Source: Candidatus Kerfeldbacteria bacterium (lineage in GTDB: Bacteria > Patescibacteriota > Patescibacteriia > UBA10025 > JAHIVO01). Taken from it: a stretch of DNA of 64,000 nt. The position numbers were made by a program, and so were the translations under genes. Shown here piece after piece: positions 40,461-49,339 of the stretch (the stretch's first letter is position 1; each line of letters opens with the position of its first letter). Where the stretch lies: positions 15,154 to 79,153 of the forward strand of contig CP181398.1 of assembly GCA_047946875.1 (NCBI GenBank). Reading direction: 5' to 3'. The notes under the pieces were generated by a model. It worked only from the letters and a program-made list of their open reading frames with translations, had not been told where the DNA came from and did not search any database.

Positions 40461-42536
40461 ATGGCCATAAATCTGCTCCCATTGGAGCAAAAATCAAAAT
40501 TAAAAAAACAAAAATCAGTTTCGGAAACACGTAATATTGAAATGACGGGTCCGAAAAAGATGGAAAAATCAAAATCATCAATTCAAAGTGGTGGTGTTTT
40601 AGGTTTTTTTATACAAGCTTTTAGAGCACCTAAGGTTGTAGAAAAAGAAGTAGAGAAAAAACAAGCATCTCAAAATATTGAAGAGACAAAAATATTATTT
40701 AAAGAAAAAATACAATATAAGACTTCAAGGCCTGTACCGAAAGTTAAATATCATATTCCTACGCGTAAATCTGAATCTTTAAATAAACAATTATCTTATC
40801 AAGATGGAAATAAAATAACTAGTATTTTTGATAGACCAAAAAAAACAAATTACAATCAGTCTAAACAATCTGAAGTTGATACTTCTAACAAACCAAAAGA
40901 TCAGTTTCCTAAATATCATTCTGTTAGTACTGAGGAGCTTGTAGGAAAAAAGAAGATCAAACCAAGTAAGGTGAAAATAATAGAAGTGGTTTCTGAAAAT
41001 GGGGATAATAAAAAAAATAAGATATCAATTTGGAAAAAAATTAAAACTTGGTTTGGTAATATTTTTAGTAAAAAGGTGAAACAGGAGAAACCAGCACCTG
41101 ATCCAGAAAAGATATCAGAATTATCTGGTTTCCCAAAACCAAAAAAAGTAGAGTTGGAAGTATCATATGAAAAAGAAATTTTAAGACAGTTTAATAAAGG
41201 AAAAGAAGAAGTAAAAAATATTTATATAGAACCTCAGAAAGAAATTATCAAAAAAGTAGAACCTAAAAAAGATGATTTTGACTTAGAAATTAAAAAAGAA
41301 GAACCGATTTTAGTAGAAGAAGTTGTTGAAGAGATTTTACCGGAAACAGAAATTAAGAAAACAATTACATATGTTGATCCTCCAAAAGTTGCTCAGGCCA
41401 AACCTATAGAAAAAAAGAAAATTAAAATTGAACCAGAAATTGTACTTGATATTCCAAAAAAAGAAAAACATAAGAAAAATTATTTTAGGTGGTTTACAGA
41501 TTTTTGGAAATCATTTATTTCTATGTTTCAATCTTTAAAAAATAAAAACAAAAAAATTATTTCTGAACCAATAACTATTGTTGAAGAAAATACAAAAGTT
41601 GAATATGAAAGTAACAAACCTTCTTTTAAAGAAATAGATTTTAATAAGCCTTCTTTAGATGAACCGGAACCAAAATTAGATAATATTCCAGCACCTCCTT
41701 TACCACCGAAAGAAGAAAATATTTTCAGTCATGATGATATGTTAGATAATATAAAATCCGAAATTAATGCTGCTAAAGAAAGTAATGATTTACCAGTACC
41801 TCCGCCGCCATTGCCTTTCGATATTGATCAAGATGATGCTCAGGACAACGAAAAAGAAATTGTTGAATCTTCATTGTTAACTTCAGCTGATGCTGTTGAA
41901 GGATTATCCGGAATGGATTGGGAAGTTAATTTGATACCAGAAGAGGAACAGGAAAAAAATATCCCCGTTTCTAAAATTTTATATTTAGTTATGGTTGTAA
42001 TAGTTTCTGGTGCAATAGTCTTTGGAGGATGGTTATGGGTATATTATTATTTTAATACGATTTCGACCACAATTAGTGAGATTGATGCAGAAATATCACT
42101 TAAAGAAGCTGATATAGCCAAATACAGTCAAGTACAGCAAGATGCTCGCATAGTACAAGATAAAATAAAGAATGTTCAGGAATTGTTAGATAATCATATA
42201 TATTGGTCAGAATTTTTTAATAAATTAGAATATTATACTACCACTGAAGTTTACTATAATTCTATGAGTGTAGATGTAAATGGAACAGTTACATTAAGTG
42301 CGGTAGGCAGTAGTTATGAAAAAGCAGTTAAACAGTTAATGGTATTTGAGAGAGCAAGTGATTTTGTATCTATAGCAACAATTAGTGATATAGTATTCCA
42401 AGATGTCATTGTAGAGTTAGAAGAAGGTCAAGAAGCTGAGATCCAGTCTGTAGAGTCTGATGAGGAAAATGTGATATTCAATATCAATTTAGAGATTCAA
42501 CCCGAAATATTTTATTATTCCAAAATAAGTTTATGA
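40461..42536 (+). CDS. pilN: PilN-like protein with ~490-aa low-complexity N-terminal extension
   Basis: Position after pilM; INLLP and VNLIP motifs; TM, coiled coil, LLDNHIYWS and a ferredoxin-like C-terminus. Confidence 0.75.
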   Translation: MAINLLPLEQKSKLKKQKSVSETRNIEMTGPKKMEKSKSSIQSGGVLGFFIQAFRAPKVVEKEVEKKQASQNIEETKILFKEKIQYKTSRPVPKVKYHIPTRKSESLNKQLSYQDGNKITSIFDRPKKTNYNQSKQSEVDTSNKPKDQFPKYHSVSTEELVGKKKIKPSKVKIIEVVSENGDNKKNKISIWKKIKTWFGNIFSKKVKQEKPAPDPEKISELSGFPKPKKVELEVSYEKEILRQFNKGKEEVKNIYIEPQKEIIKKVEPKKDDFDLEIKKEEPILVEEVVEEILPETEIKKTITYVDPPKVAQAKPIEKKKIKIEPEIVLDIPKKEKHKKNYFRWFTDFWKSFISMFQSLKNKNKKIISEPITIVEENTKVEYESNKPSFKEIDFNKPSLDEPEPKLDNIPAPPLPPKEENIFSHDDMLDNIKSEINAAKESNDLPVPPPPLPFDIDQDDAQDNEKEIVESSLLTSADAVEGLSGMDWEVNLIPEEEQEKNIPVSKILYLVMVVIVSGAIVFGGWLWVYYYFNTISTTISEIDAEISLKEADIAKYSQVQQDARIVQDKIKNVQELLDNHIYWSEFFNKLEYYTTTEVYYNSMSVDVNGTVTLSAVGSSYEKAVKQLMVFERASDFVSIATISDIVFQDVIVELEEGQEAEIQSVESDEENVIFNINLEIQPEIFYYSKISL

Positions 42537-43123
42537 ATTGGTTATCTATAAAAAGAATTACATCAACAATCTTTGTTAAATATTTTATAATAATATTGAT
42601 AGTTTTATCTTTAATAATTTTAGGTGGAGGTTATTATTTATTTATTCAAGATAAGATGACGGAGATACAAAAAGTTGGATTAGTAGATTTGCAAAGTCGT
42701 TTAAATAAAAAAGATGCAACAGATAGAACCTTGGTTATGTTAGAGATGTTAAATGACGATTATAATAAATTAAATGAAGATCAATTACAAAAACTGGGAA
42801 GTATATTACCAAAAAAATCTGAAATTCCTTTTTTAGTGATTGAAATCCAAAATTTTATAAAAGATAATGAATTAATTTTAGGTAGTATTGATGTAGGACC
42901 TTTAAGCACTTTAGAAGAGGTCTCTACTATTAATGGATTATCTCAAAATACATTTGAAGAGTTAAACATTACCTTAAGCATTAGTGGTATTGATAGTTAT
43001 TCTAAACTAAAAGATTTTTTAGATAGTTTAAGTGAGCAATTGCCAATTATTGAGTTAACATCATTAAATTATGTTCCAGGTAATGAAACTTACTCTTTAA
43101 ATTTAACTACTTATTATCAATAA
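42533..43123 (+). CDS. pilO: PilO-like protein
   Basis: TM, coiled coil, ILP..EIP and YSKLKDFLDSL motifs; 4-bp overlap with pilN. Confidence 0.8.
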   Translation: MNWLSIKRITSTIFVKYFIIILIVLSLIILGGGYYLFIQDKMTEIQKVGLVDLQSRLNKKDATDRTLVMLEMLNDDYNKLNEDQLQKLGSILPKKSEIPFLVIEIQNFIKDNELILGSIDVGPLSTLEEVSTINGLSQNTFEELNITLSISGIDSYSKLKDFLDSLSEQLPIIELTSLNYVPGNETYSLNLTTYYQ

Positions 43124-43134
43124 TTAATACAAGA

Positions 43135-44088
43135 ATGTTGGTACAAAAAACCAGTTTAAATAAAAGAACAAAAGGATTACTGATGATTTTGGTAGGTATT
43201 ATTATTATTGGAGGAGGGTATTTTGGATTTATGGCAATATCAGATAAAACATCTCAACCAGAAAATAATTTAATTACTAATAATGGTACTATTAATTTAT
43301 CGAATGTGCAATCAGGAGTGGATGGTGAGATATTTGATGATCCTCAATTTTTAAGCTTAAGTAAAAATAAGTTTGATGGTTTTACGGACCAATATTCTGG
43401 TATTACATTGAGTGATTCTAAACCAATCGAAATAACTTCATCACAAGTAAACAATCCAAAAACAGGAAATAGATTAATAATTTCTTGGCAGTTACCCGAA
43501 TACGTAAATTTTGATACAGTTTCGATTTATAGATCTTTAAGTCCAGGGTTTGTTGGTGAGCAAATATATTCAGCCACAATCGAATCAATAAAATCAAATA
43601 AAATAACAAGTTACCAAGATAGGGATGTAGAGAATACTCATAAGTATTATTATATTGTACAGTCAGAAATTTATGACGGATCTACTCTAAGTGCAAGTAA
43701 TAGCGGATCCCAATTTAATGGAATGCCTACGGATGAAATCCCTCCAGCATCACCTGAATTTGTGCAAGTACAAGGATTATCTGATGGAGATATTGAAATA
43801 TCATGGTTTAATCCCGAGGATAGCGACTTGGACATGATTAAAGTCTATCGTTCAACGGAAAAAGGTAATTTAGGGATAAATATATACGGTAAAGAGAGTG
43901 GTAATATTGGGCTTGAAAAGGTAGGAGGTTTAATGAATTATATTCTTGATACTTCAGCAGAAAATAATATCGTTTATTATTATATCGTCACTAGTGTAGA
44001 TATAAGTGGGAATGAATCATCAACAGACATTGTTTCGTCTTCATATAAATCATACTTTTACAATCCTTTTGACCCAATTGATTTTTAA
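43135..44088 (+). CDS. Membrane-anchored protein with two FN3-like domains (occupies the pilP position)
   Basis: N-terminal TM; ISW..IYRS..YYYIV occurs twice; ends NPFDPIDF. Confidence 0.8.
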   Translation: MLVQKTSLNKRTKGLLMILVGIIIIGGGYFGFMAISDKTSQPENNLITNNGTINLSNVQSGVDGEIFDDPQFLSLSKNKFDGFTDQYSGITLSDSKPIEITSSQVNNPKTGNRLIISWQLPEYVNFDTVSIYRSLSPGFVGEQIYSATIESIKSNKITSYQDRDVENTHKYYYIVQSEIYDGSTLSASNSGSQFNGMPTDEIPPASPEFVQVQGLSDGDIEISWFNPEDSDLDMIKVYRSTEKGNLGINIYGKESGNIGLEKVGGLMNYILDTSAENNIVYYYIVTSVDISGNESSTDIVSSSYKSYFYNPFDPIDF

Positions 44089-44100
44089 ATATTTAAATAT

Positions 44101-45873
44101 ATGTCAGAACAATTAACACAAAATACAAGTAAAATCCTAGATTCTTTGATATCAGATGGGTTGATTGATGCTGGAAAAATTACTGAACTTAGGGTAAAAG
44201 AAAAAGATGAAAAGAAATTGTTAGAATTTTTAGTCAGTAATGGTAATATTTCGGAAGAAGATTTGGTAAAAGCAAAAGGAAAGGTTTTAAATGTAAATTA
44301 TGTTGAATTATTTGGTAAGACAATATCTCCATCCATTTTAAATTTAATACCTAGAGAATTGGCCGATAACTATCATGTTGTAGCTTTCCAAAAAAATATA
44401 AATGAAAATGCAAAAGAAGCAGAATTATATGTTGCTATGGTTAATCCTGGTGATTTTAAAGCTTCCGAAGCTATTGAATTTATTGCTAGAGAAAATAATT
44501 TAAAGTTAAAGTATTTTATTATTTCTCCTAGTGGTTTTCGATATGCTGTTAAGCAGTACTCTTCTTTAGATTCAGAGGTTGAGGAAGCATTGGCAAATAA
44601 AGTTGGAGAAGATAAAGAACAAGGAATTGATGATTTAATGAACAATGAAAAGGGGATGGATAAGGTTGTGAAAAGTGCTCCGGTTGCTAAAATGGTTAAT
44701 GTTATATTAAAACATGCCGTAGAAGGAGGCGCTTCTGATATACATATAGAGCCGGTTGAGAATGAAACAAGAGTGCGTTATCGTGTTGATGGTGTCTTAC
44801 ATACTTCTCTTGTGTTGCCTCGTTATGTTCATTCTGCAATTATCGCTAGGATTAAAGTACTAGCTAATTTGAAGTTGGATGAAACAAGAGTCCCACAAGA
44901 TGGTCGTTTTCGAACAGAGTGGGATGGTAGAATAATTGATTATCGTGTTTCAACCTTGCCATTGTTTAGCAACGAAAAAGTAGTAATGCGTATTTTGGAT
45001 AGAGCTTCTGTTGTATTGGATGTAGAAAAATTAGGTTTTGAAGGAAAAAGTTTAGAAATAATGAAAGAAGCTGTGAAAAAAACAGTAGGTATGATTCTGT
45101 TAACTGGTCCTACTGGTTCTGGTAAATCAACAACTTTATCAGCTTTGATGTCTATCATTAATAATGAAAATATTAATATTGTTACTTTAGAAGATCCTGT
45201 TGAGTATTATATTGACGGAATTAATCAATCACAAATTAATGCTGATGTTGGATTAACTTTTGCAGCTGGTTTAAGATCAGTTTTACGACAAGATCCTGAT
45301 GTTATTATGGTTGGTGAGATTCGTGACAATGAGACTGCTGAGTTAGCTGTACACGCTGCTTTAACTGGTCATTTGGTGTTATCTACTTTACATACCAATG
45401 ATGCGTTTGGAGCAGTGCCACGTTTTATTGATATGGGGATTGAACCATTCTTGATTACGTCATCTCTAAATACTGTCGTGGCTCAGCGTTTAGTTAGACG
45501 TTTATGTTCACATTGTATATATGAGGTAACTCTTCCAGAAACTTTGCAAGCTGAAGTAGATAAGCATTTATTACAGATACCGGATGAAAATATAATATTA
45601 CGATTAGGAAAAAAACCAGATAAATTTCAATTTTTTGAAGCAAAGGGATGCACACGTTGTGAAAATTCTGGGTATAAAGGTAGAATCTTGATAAATGAAA
45701 TTTTAGAAATTGACGACGAATTAAAAAAAGTTATTGTTAGTAATCCAACTGTTGATGCTTTAAAAGAAACCGCGCAACGTCAGAATATGATTTCTGTAAT
45801 TCAGGATGGTATTTTGAAAGCACTTGAGAAAAAAACATCAATATCTGAAATTATACGTGTTACTAAAGAATAA
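44101..45873 (+). CDS. pilB: Type IV pilus extension ATPase PilB/GspE
   Basis: ASDIHIEP, GPTGSGKST, LRQDPDVIMVGEIRD, His box and tetra-Cys motif. Confidence 0.95.
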   Translation: MSEQLTQNTSKILDSLISDGLIDAGKITELRVKEKDEKKLLEFLVSNGNISEEDLVKAKGKVLNVNYVELFGKTISPSILNLIPRELADNYHVVAFQKNINENAKEAELYVAMVNPGDFKASEAIEFIARENNLKLKYFIISPSGFRYAVKQYSSLDSEVEEALANKVGEDKEQGIDDLMNNEKGMDKVVKSAPVAKMVNVILKHAVEGGASDIHIEPVENETRVRYRVDGVLHTSLVLPRYVHSAIIARIKVLANLKLDETRVPQDGRFRTEWDGRIIDYRVSTLPLFSNEKVVMRILDRASVVLDVEKLGFEGKSLEIMKEAVKKTVGMILLTGPTGSGKSTTLSALMSIINNENINIVTLEDPVEYYIDGINQSQINADVGLTFAAGLRSVLRQDPDVIMVGEIRDNETAELAVHAALTGHLVLSTLHTNDAFGAVPRFIDMGIEPFLITSSLNTVVAQRLVRRLCSHCIYEVTLPETLQAEVDKHLLQIPDENIILRLGKKPDKFQFFEAKGCTRCENSGYKGRILINEILEIDDELKKVIVSNPTVDALKETAQRQNMISVIQDGILKALEKKTSISEIIRVTKE

Positions 45874-45896
45874 TTATTAAATAATTATATAAATAT

Positions 45897-46286
45897 ATGG
45901 AAAGTCAGAATAATAAGAAAATTAAAATCGTATTAATTGAAGATGATACTTTCTTGGGAGGTATGTATGTTGCAAAACTTAATTTAGAAGGCTTTGATGT
46001 AAAATTAGCAGATGATGGTGAAAAAGGGCTAAAGTTAGTTAAATCTGAACAACCAGATCTAGTATTGCTTGATATTATTTTACCAAAAATGAGTGGATTC
46101 GATGTTTTGAAAGATATAAAAGCAAATAAAGATACCAAAGATTTGCCTGTAATTTTACTTACAAACTTAGGTCAGCGTGAAGATGTTCAAAAAGGTATAA
46201 AATTAGGGGCGAAAGATTATTTAATAAAAGCTCATTTTATGCCATCTGAAGTAGTTACAAAAATTAAAGCATTACTACAAAAATAA
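45897..46286 (+). CDS. Single-domain response regulator
   Basis: IEDD, DLVLLDIILP and GAKDYLIK; receiver domain only. Confidence 0.93.
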   Translation: MESQNNKKIKIVLIEDDTFLGGMYVAKLNLEGFDVKLADDGEKGLKLVKSEQPDLVLLDIILPKMSGFDVLKDIKANKDTKDLPVILLTNLGQREDVQKGIKLGAKDYLIKAHFMPSEVVTKIKALLQK

Positions 46287-46301
46287 TAATAATTATTAAC
46301 T

Positions 46302-47504
46302 ATGGCTAATTTTGCTTACAAAGCTAGGAATAAAGAGGGTGAAATACTGAACGGTGTTGTTATTGCTCCAAATGAAAATATCGCTTATGGGACATTAAGA
46401 GATAAGAATTTGACGATCGTAACTTTGCGAGAACAAAAGAAATTTAAAATGGGGAGTATTAGTATAGGCTCTGTGGTTAAAGCAAAAGATTTAGTAATTT
46501 TTGCCAGGCAATTATCTGTCATGATCTCATCAAGTGTACCGATCGTAAGAGCTTTACGAGTATTGATTAAACAAACTGAAAACGTACAATTCAAAACAAT
46601 AATATCTGATATTGCAGATGAGGTTGATGGTGGTGCTAAACTATCTCAGTCAATGGCAAAATATCCAAAAGTGTTTGGAAACTTTTTTGTGCAAATGATT
46701 CGTTCAGCTGAAACAACAGGTAGGCTGGATGAAATTCTTGAGTACCTTGCCGATCAAACAGAAAAAGATTTTGATATTATGGCAAAGGCAAAGGGAGCAA
46801 TGATTTACCCGGCATTTATTATGGGAACGTTTTTATTAGTTGGTGTTGGGATGATGATGTTTGTTTTACCACAGATCACAAGTATTTTTGCTGAATCTGA
46901 GGCTGAGCTTCCATTACCTACGGTACTGTTTATGGGTCTAAGTGATTTTTTATTAGCATATTGGTGGTTAATATTAGCATTTATAGTAATACTTGCAGTA
47001 GCTTTTAAATTTGCAATAAGCACAAAGGTAGGGCGTGAAAAATTTGATATTTTTAAAATTAGGATGCCGATTTTCGGATCAATTTTTAATAATTTATATA
47101 TAACTAGGTTTTCAAGATCGTTATCTACCCTGATAGCCTCTGGTGTTCCTTTAACTACCTCACTAGATATTGTAGCTGACTTGGTTAGTAATACTTTGTA
47201 TAGGGATTTAACAAAAAAAACTATAAAGAAGGTTGAGGCCGGCGCTTCTATAACAAGTGTTTTTATTGCTAGTAAAGATGTTCCATTAATGTTGTCTCAG
47301 ATGATGAGTGTCGGAGAGCAGTCTGGTCAGCTGGATAAAATTTTACTAAAAGTAGCAGAATTTTATACAAGAGAGTTAGAAAATTCACTGAATAATTTAA
47401 CTGCATTAATAGAGCCTATTATTATGGTGGTTTTGGGTGTTGGGGTTGGTTTGTTAGTATCTGCAATTATCCTTCCTATGTATAATTTATCTGATGCAAT
47501 TTAA
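46302..47504 (+). CDS. pilC: Type IV pilus platform protein PilC/GspF
   Basis: FARQLSVM, AETTGRLD, AMIYP, VGEQSGQLD and LIEP motifs. Confidence 0.95.
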   Translation: MANFAYKARNKEGEILNGVVIAPNENIAYGTLRDKNLTIVTLREQKKFKMGSISIGSVVKAKDLVIFARQLSVMISSSVPIVRALRVLIKQTENVQFKTIISDIADEVDGGAKLSQSMAKYPKVFGNFFVQMIRSAETTGRLDEILEYLADQTEKDFDIMAKAKGAMIYPAFIMGTFLLVGVGMMMFVLPQITSIFAESEAELPLPTVLFMGLSDFLLAYWWLILAFIVILAVAFKFAISTKVGREKFDIFKIRMPIFGSIFNNLYITRFSRSLSTLIASGVPLTTSLDIVADLVSNTLYRDLTKKTIKKVEAGASITSVFIASKDVPLMLSQMMSVGEQSGQLDKILLKVAEFYTRELENSLNNLTALIEPIIMVVLGVGVGLLVSAIILPMYNLSDAI

Positions 47505-47523
47505 TTAATTGATGGATTGTGTT

Positions 47524-47552
47524 TTGACTTTTGTTGAAAAATGTGATATACT
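47524..47552 (+). promoter_or_regulatory. Strong sigma70-type promoter of the major pilin
   Basis: TTGACT-17 bp-TATACT with extended -10 TG. Confidence 0.7.
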
Positions 47553-47762
47553 ATATTTAACATATTATAAAATATTTGTTCTTTACGTTTATTTAACTAT
47601 CATTAAGAAAGGTTAAATAAGTAATAATCTAATAAGTAATAATTGAGTACGTTACGGATCATTTCGAACTAAAAATCGGATCCGTGATCTGTGAATATTG
47701 AATTGTTGCAGATTATGATTGTTTATTTCTTTCTTATAAAAATGAAAGGGGGTGTAATAGTA

Positions 47763-48230
47763 ATGAAAAGAAAAGGTTTTACATTAATTGAGTTATTGGT
47801 CGTTATTGCCATTATTGGTATTTTGGCCACAATTGGTTTAGTAGCTTTGAACGGTGCTCGTGAAAAAGCCCGTGATGCTACTAGAAAATCTGATTTATCA
47901 CAGTTAAAGACTGCTTTGGTACTATATGCTGATGATTATGGTAGTATTTATCCAGCTGGACCTAATGATTCATTAACAGCTGATGGTATTTTTCACGGCA
48001 CCGAAGGTAGTAATCCAGTATTTAACGAATATATTAGTAAAGCAATATCAGACGTTACTAATGCTGGTACATTAATATATGTTTATGGAACATGTGCTGA
48101 TTCAAATGGTACTGCTAATGCAGGTTTCTTGCTTTATGCAGGTCTAGAAGCACCAGAAAGTACATTTTTTTGGATTGCCGGTGATGGTACTTCAGGAGAT
48201 GGTGATGCAGCTCCAGGTACTTGTGGTTAA
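47763..48230 (+). CDS. pilA: Type IV pilin, probable major pilin
   Basis: MKRKG|FTLIELLVVIAII; strong SD AAGGGGGTG; own promoter and terminator. Start moved to the ATG at 47763. Confidence 0.88.
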   Translation: MKRKGFTLIELLVVIAIIGILATIGLVALNGAREKARDATRKSDLSQLKTALVLYADDYGSIYPAGPNDSLTADGIFHGTEGSNPVFNEYISKAISDVTNAGTLIYVYGTCADSNGTANAGFLLYAGLEAPESTFFWIAGDGTSGDGDAAPGTCG

Positions 48231-48261
48231 TTTTTAACCAATGTAATTACAGATTTTAATA

Positions 48262-48295
48262 ACAAAAAGCGTTCAATTTATTGAGCGCTTTTTGT
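48262..48295 (+). terminator. Intrinsic terminator after the pilin gene
   Basis: AAAAAGCGTTCAAT..ATTGAGCGCTTTTT hairpin. Confidence 0.85.
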
Positions 48296-48346
48296 ATTGT
48301 TTGATTTTTGGTATAATTGACTTAATAAGTAATTAAAATTATTTCA

Positions 48347-49339
48347 ATGTCACGTATCGACACTTCAATTGTAATAGTTAACTGGAATGGGTTGAAACAT
48401 CTACAAGTTTGTTTTGAATCATTACTAAAGCAAAGTTACACAAATTTTAATATTATTTTTGTAGATAATGGTTCAGTTGATGACTCTGTGGGTTTTATTA
48501 AAGATAATTTTCCTCAAGTAACAATAATTCAACTAAAAAAGAATTTTGGTTTTGCCGAAGGGAATAATATGGGCATTAGGGAAGCACTAAAGAATAATCA
48601 AATTCAATATATAGTAGCATTGAATAATGATACGGAAGTTAAGAGTGATTGGTTGGAAAATTTAATAACAGTTGTTAAGCATGATAAGATGGTAGGTGTG
48701 GTAGCAAGTAAAACATTGTTTTTTGATCAGCGAGATAAGATTGATTCAGCTGGTGACTTTTTTTTGGCTGGGACTATGAAAGTGGTTACTCGTGGTTATC
48801 AGGAAATTGATAAGGGTCAATATAATAATATTCAGGAGTGCTTTAGTGCTAGAGCTGCAGCAGTTCTATATAAGACAGAGATGTTAAAGAGTGTTGAGTT
48901 ACATGGAGATTACTTTGATAGTAATTTTTTTGCATATATTGAGGATACTGATTTATCTATTCGAGCAAGATTAATGGGATGGAAAATATTATACAGTCCT
49001 AAAGCTATTGTCTATCACAAAGTAGCAGCTACTTCTAGCAATATTTCACATGCGTTTCGTAAATATTATTCTGGTAGAAATAGACTATTTACAATGATAA
49101 AAAATTATCCAGTTAAATTGTGGCCGAAAGTTATGAATGGTAGTGAGTCTGTCGATAGAAATTATTCATTATCGTTCATAAAATCACTGTATGTATATAT
49201 AAAAATAATATTATTAGTATTATTTTCTTTCCCAAGTTTATTGGTTAAACGAAAAATTATTCAGAATAAAAAGAAGATTAACACTCAACAGATATATGAT
49301 TGGGTTGATAAATTTTCTTTAAATAACCAAAATGATTAA
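48347..49339 (+). CDS. Glycosyltransferase family 2
   Basis: IVIVNWNG, VDNGS.DDS, LNNDT and YIEDTDLS motifs. Confidence 0.95.
   Translation: MSRIDTSIVIVNWNGLKHLQVCFESLLKQSYTNFNIIFVDNGSVDDSVGFIKDNFPQVTIIQLKKNFGFAEGNNMGIREALKNNQIQYIVALNNDTEVKSDWLENLITVVKHDKMVGVVASKTLFFDQRDKIDSAGDFFLAGTMKVVTRGYQEIDKGQYNNIQECFSARAAAVLYKTEMLKSVELHGDYFDSNFFAYIEDTDLSIRARLMGWKILYSPKAIVYHKVAATSSNISHAFRKYYSGRNRLFTMIKNYPVKLWPKVMNGSESVDRNYSLSFIKSLYVYIKIILLVLFSFPSLLVKRKIIQNKKKINTQQIYDWVDKFSLNNQND

Noticed and set aside
40324-40581. 85-aa hydrophobic minus-strand ORF
   Set aside because: It derives from the A-rich leader and start of the pilN-like gene and overlaps its promoter
47691-47762. 24-aa N-terminal extension of the pilin given in the ORF track
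   Set aside because: The SD and the short basic class III leader point to the ATG at 47763
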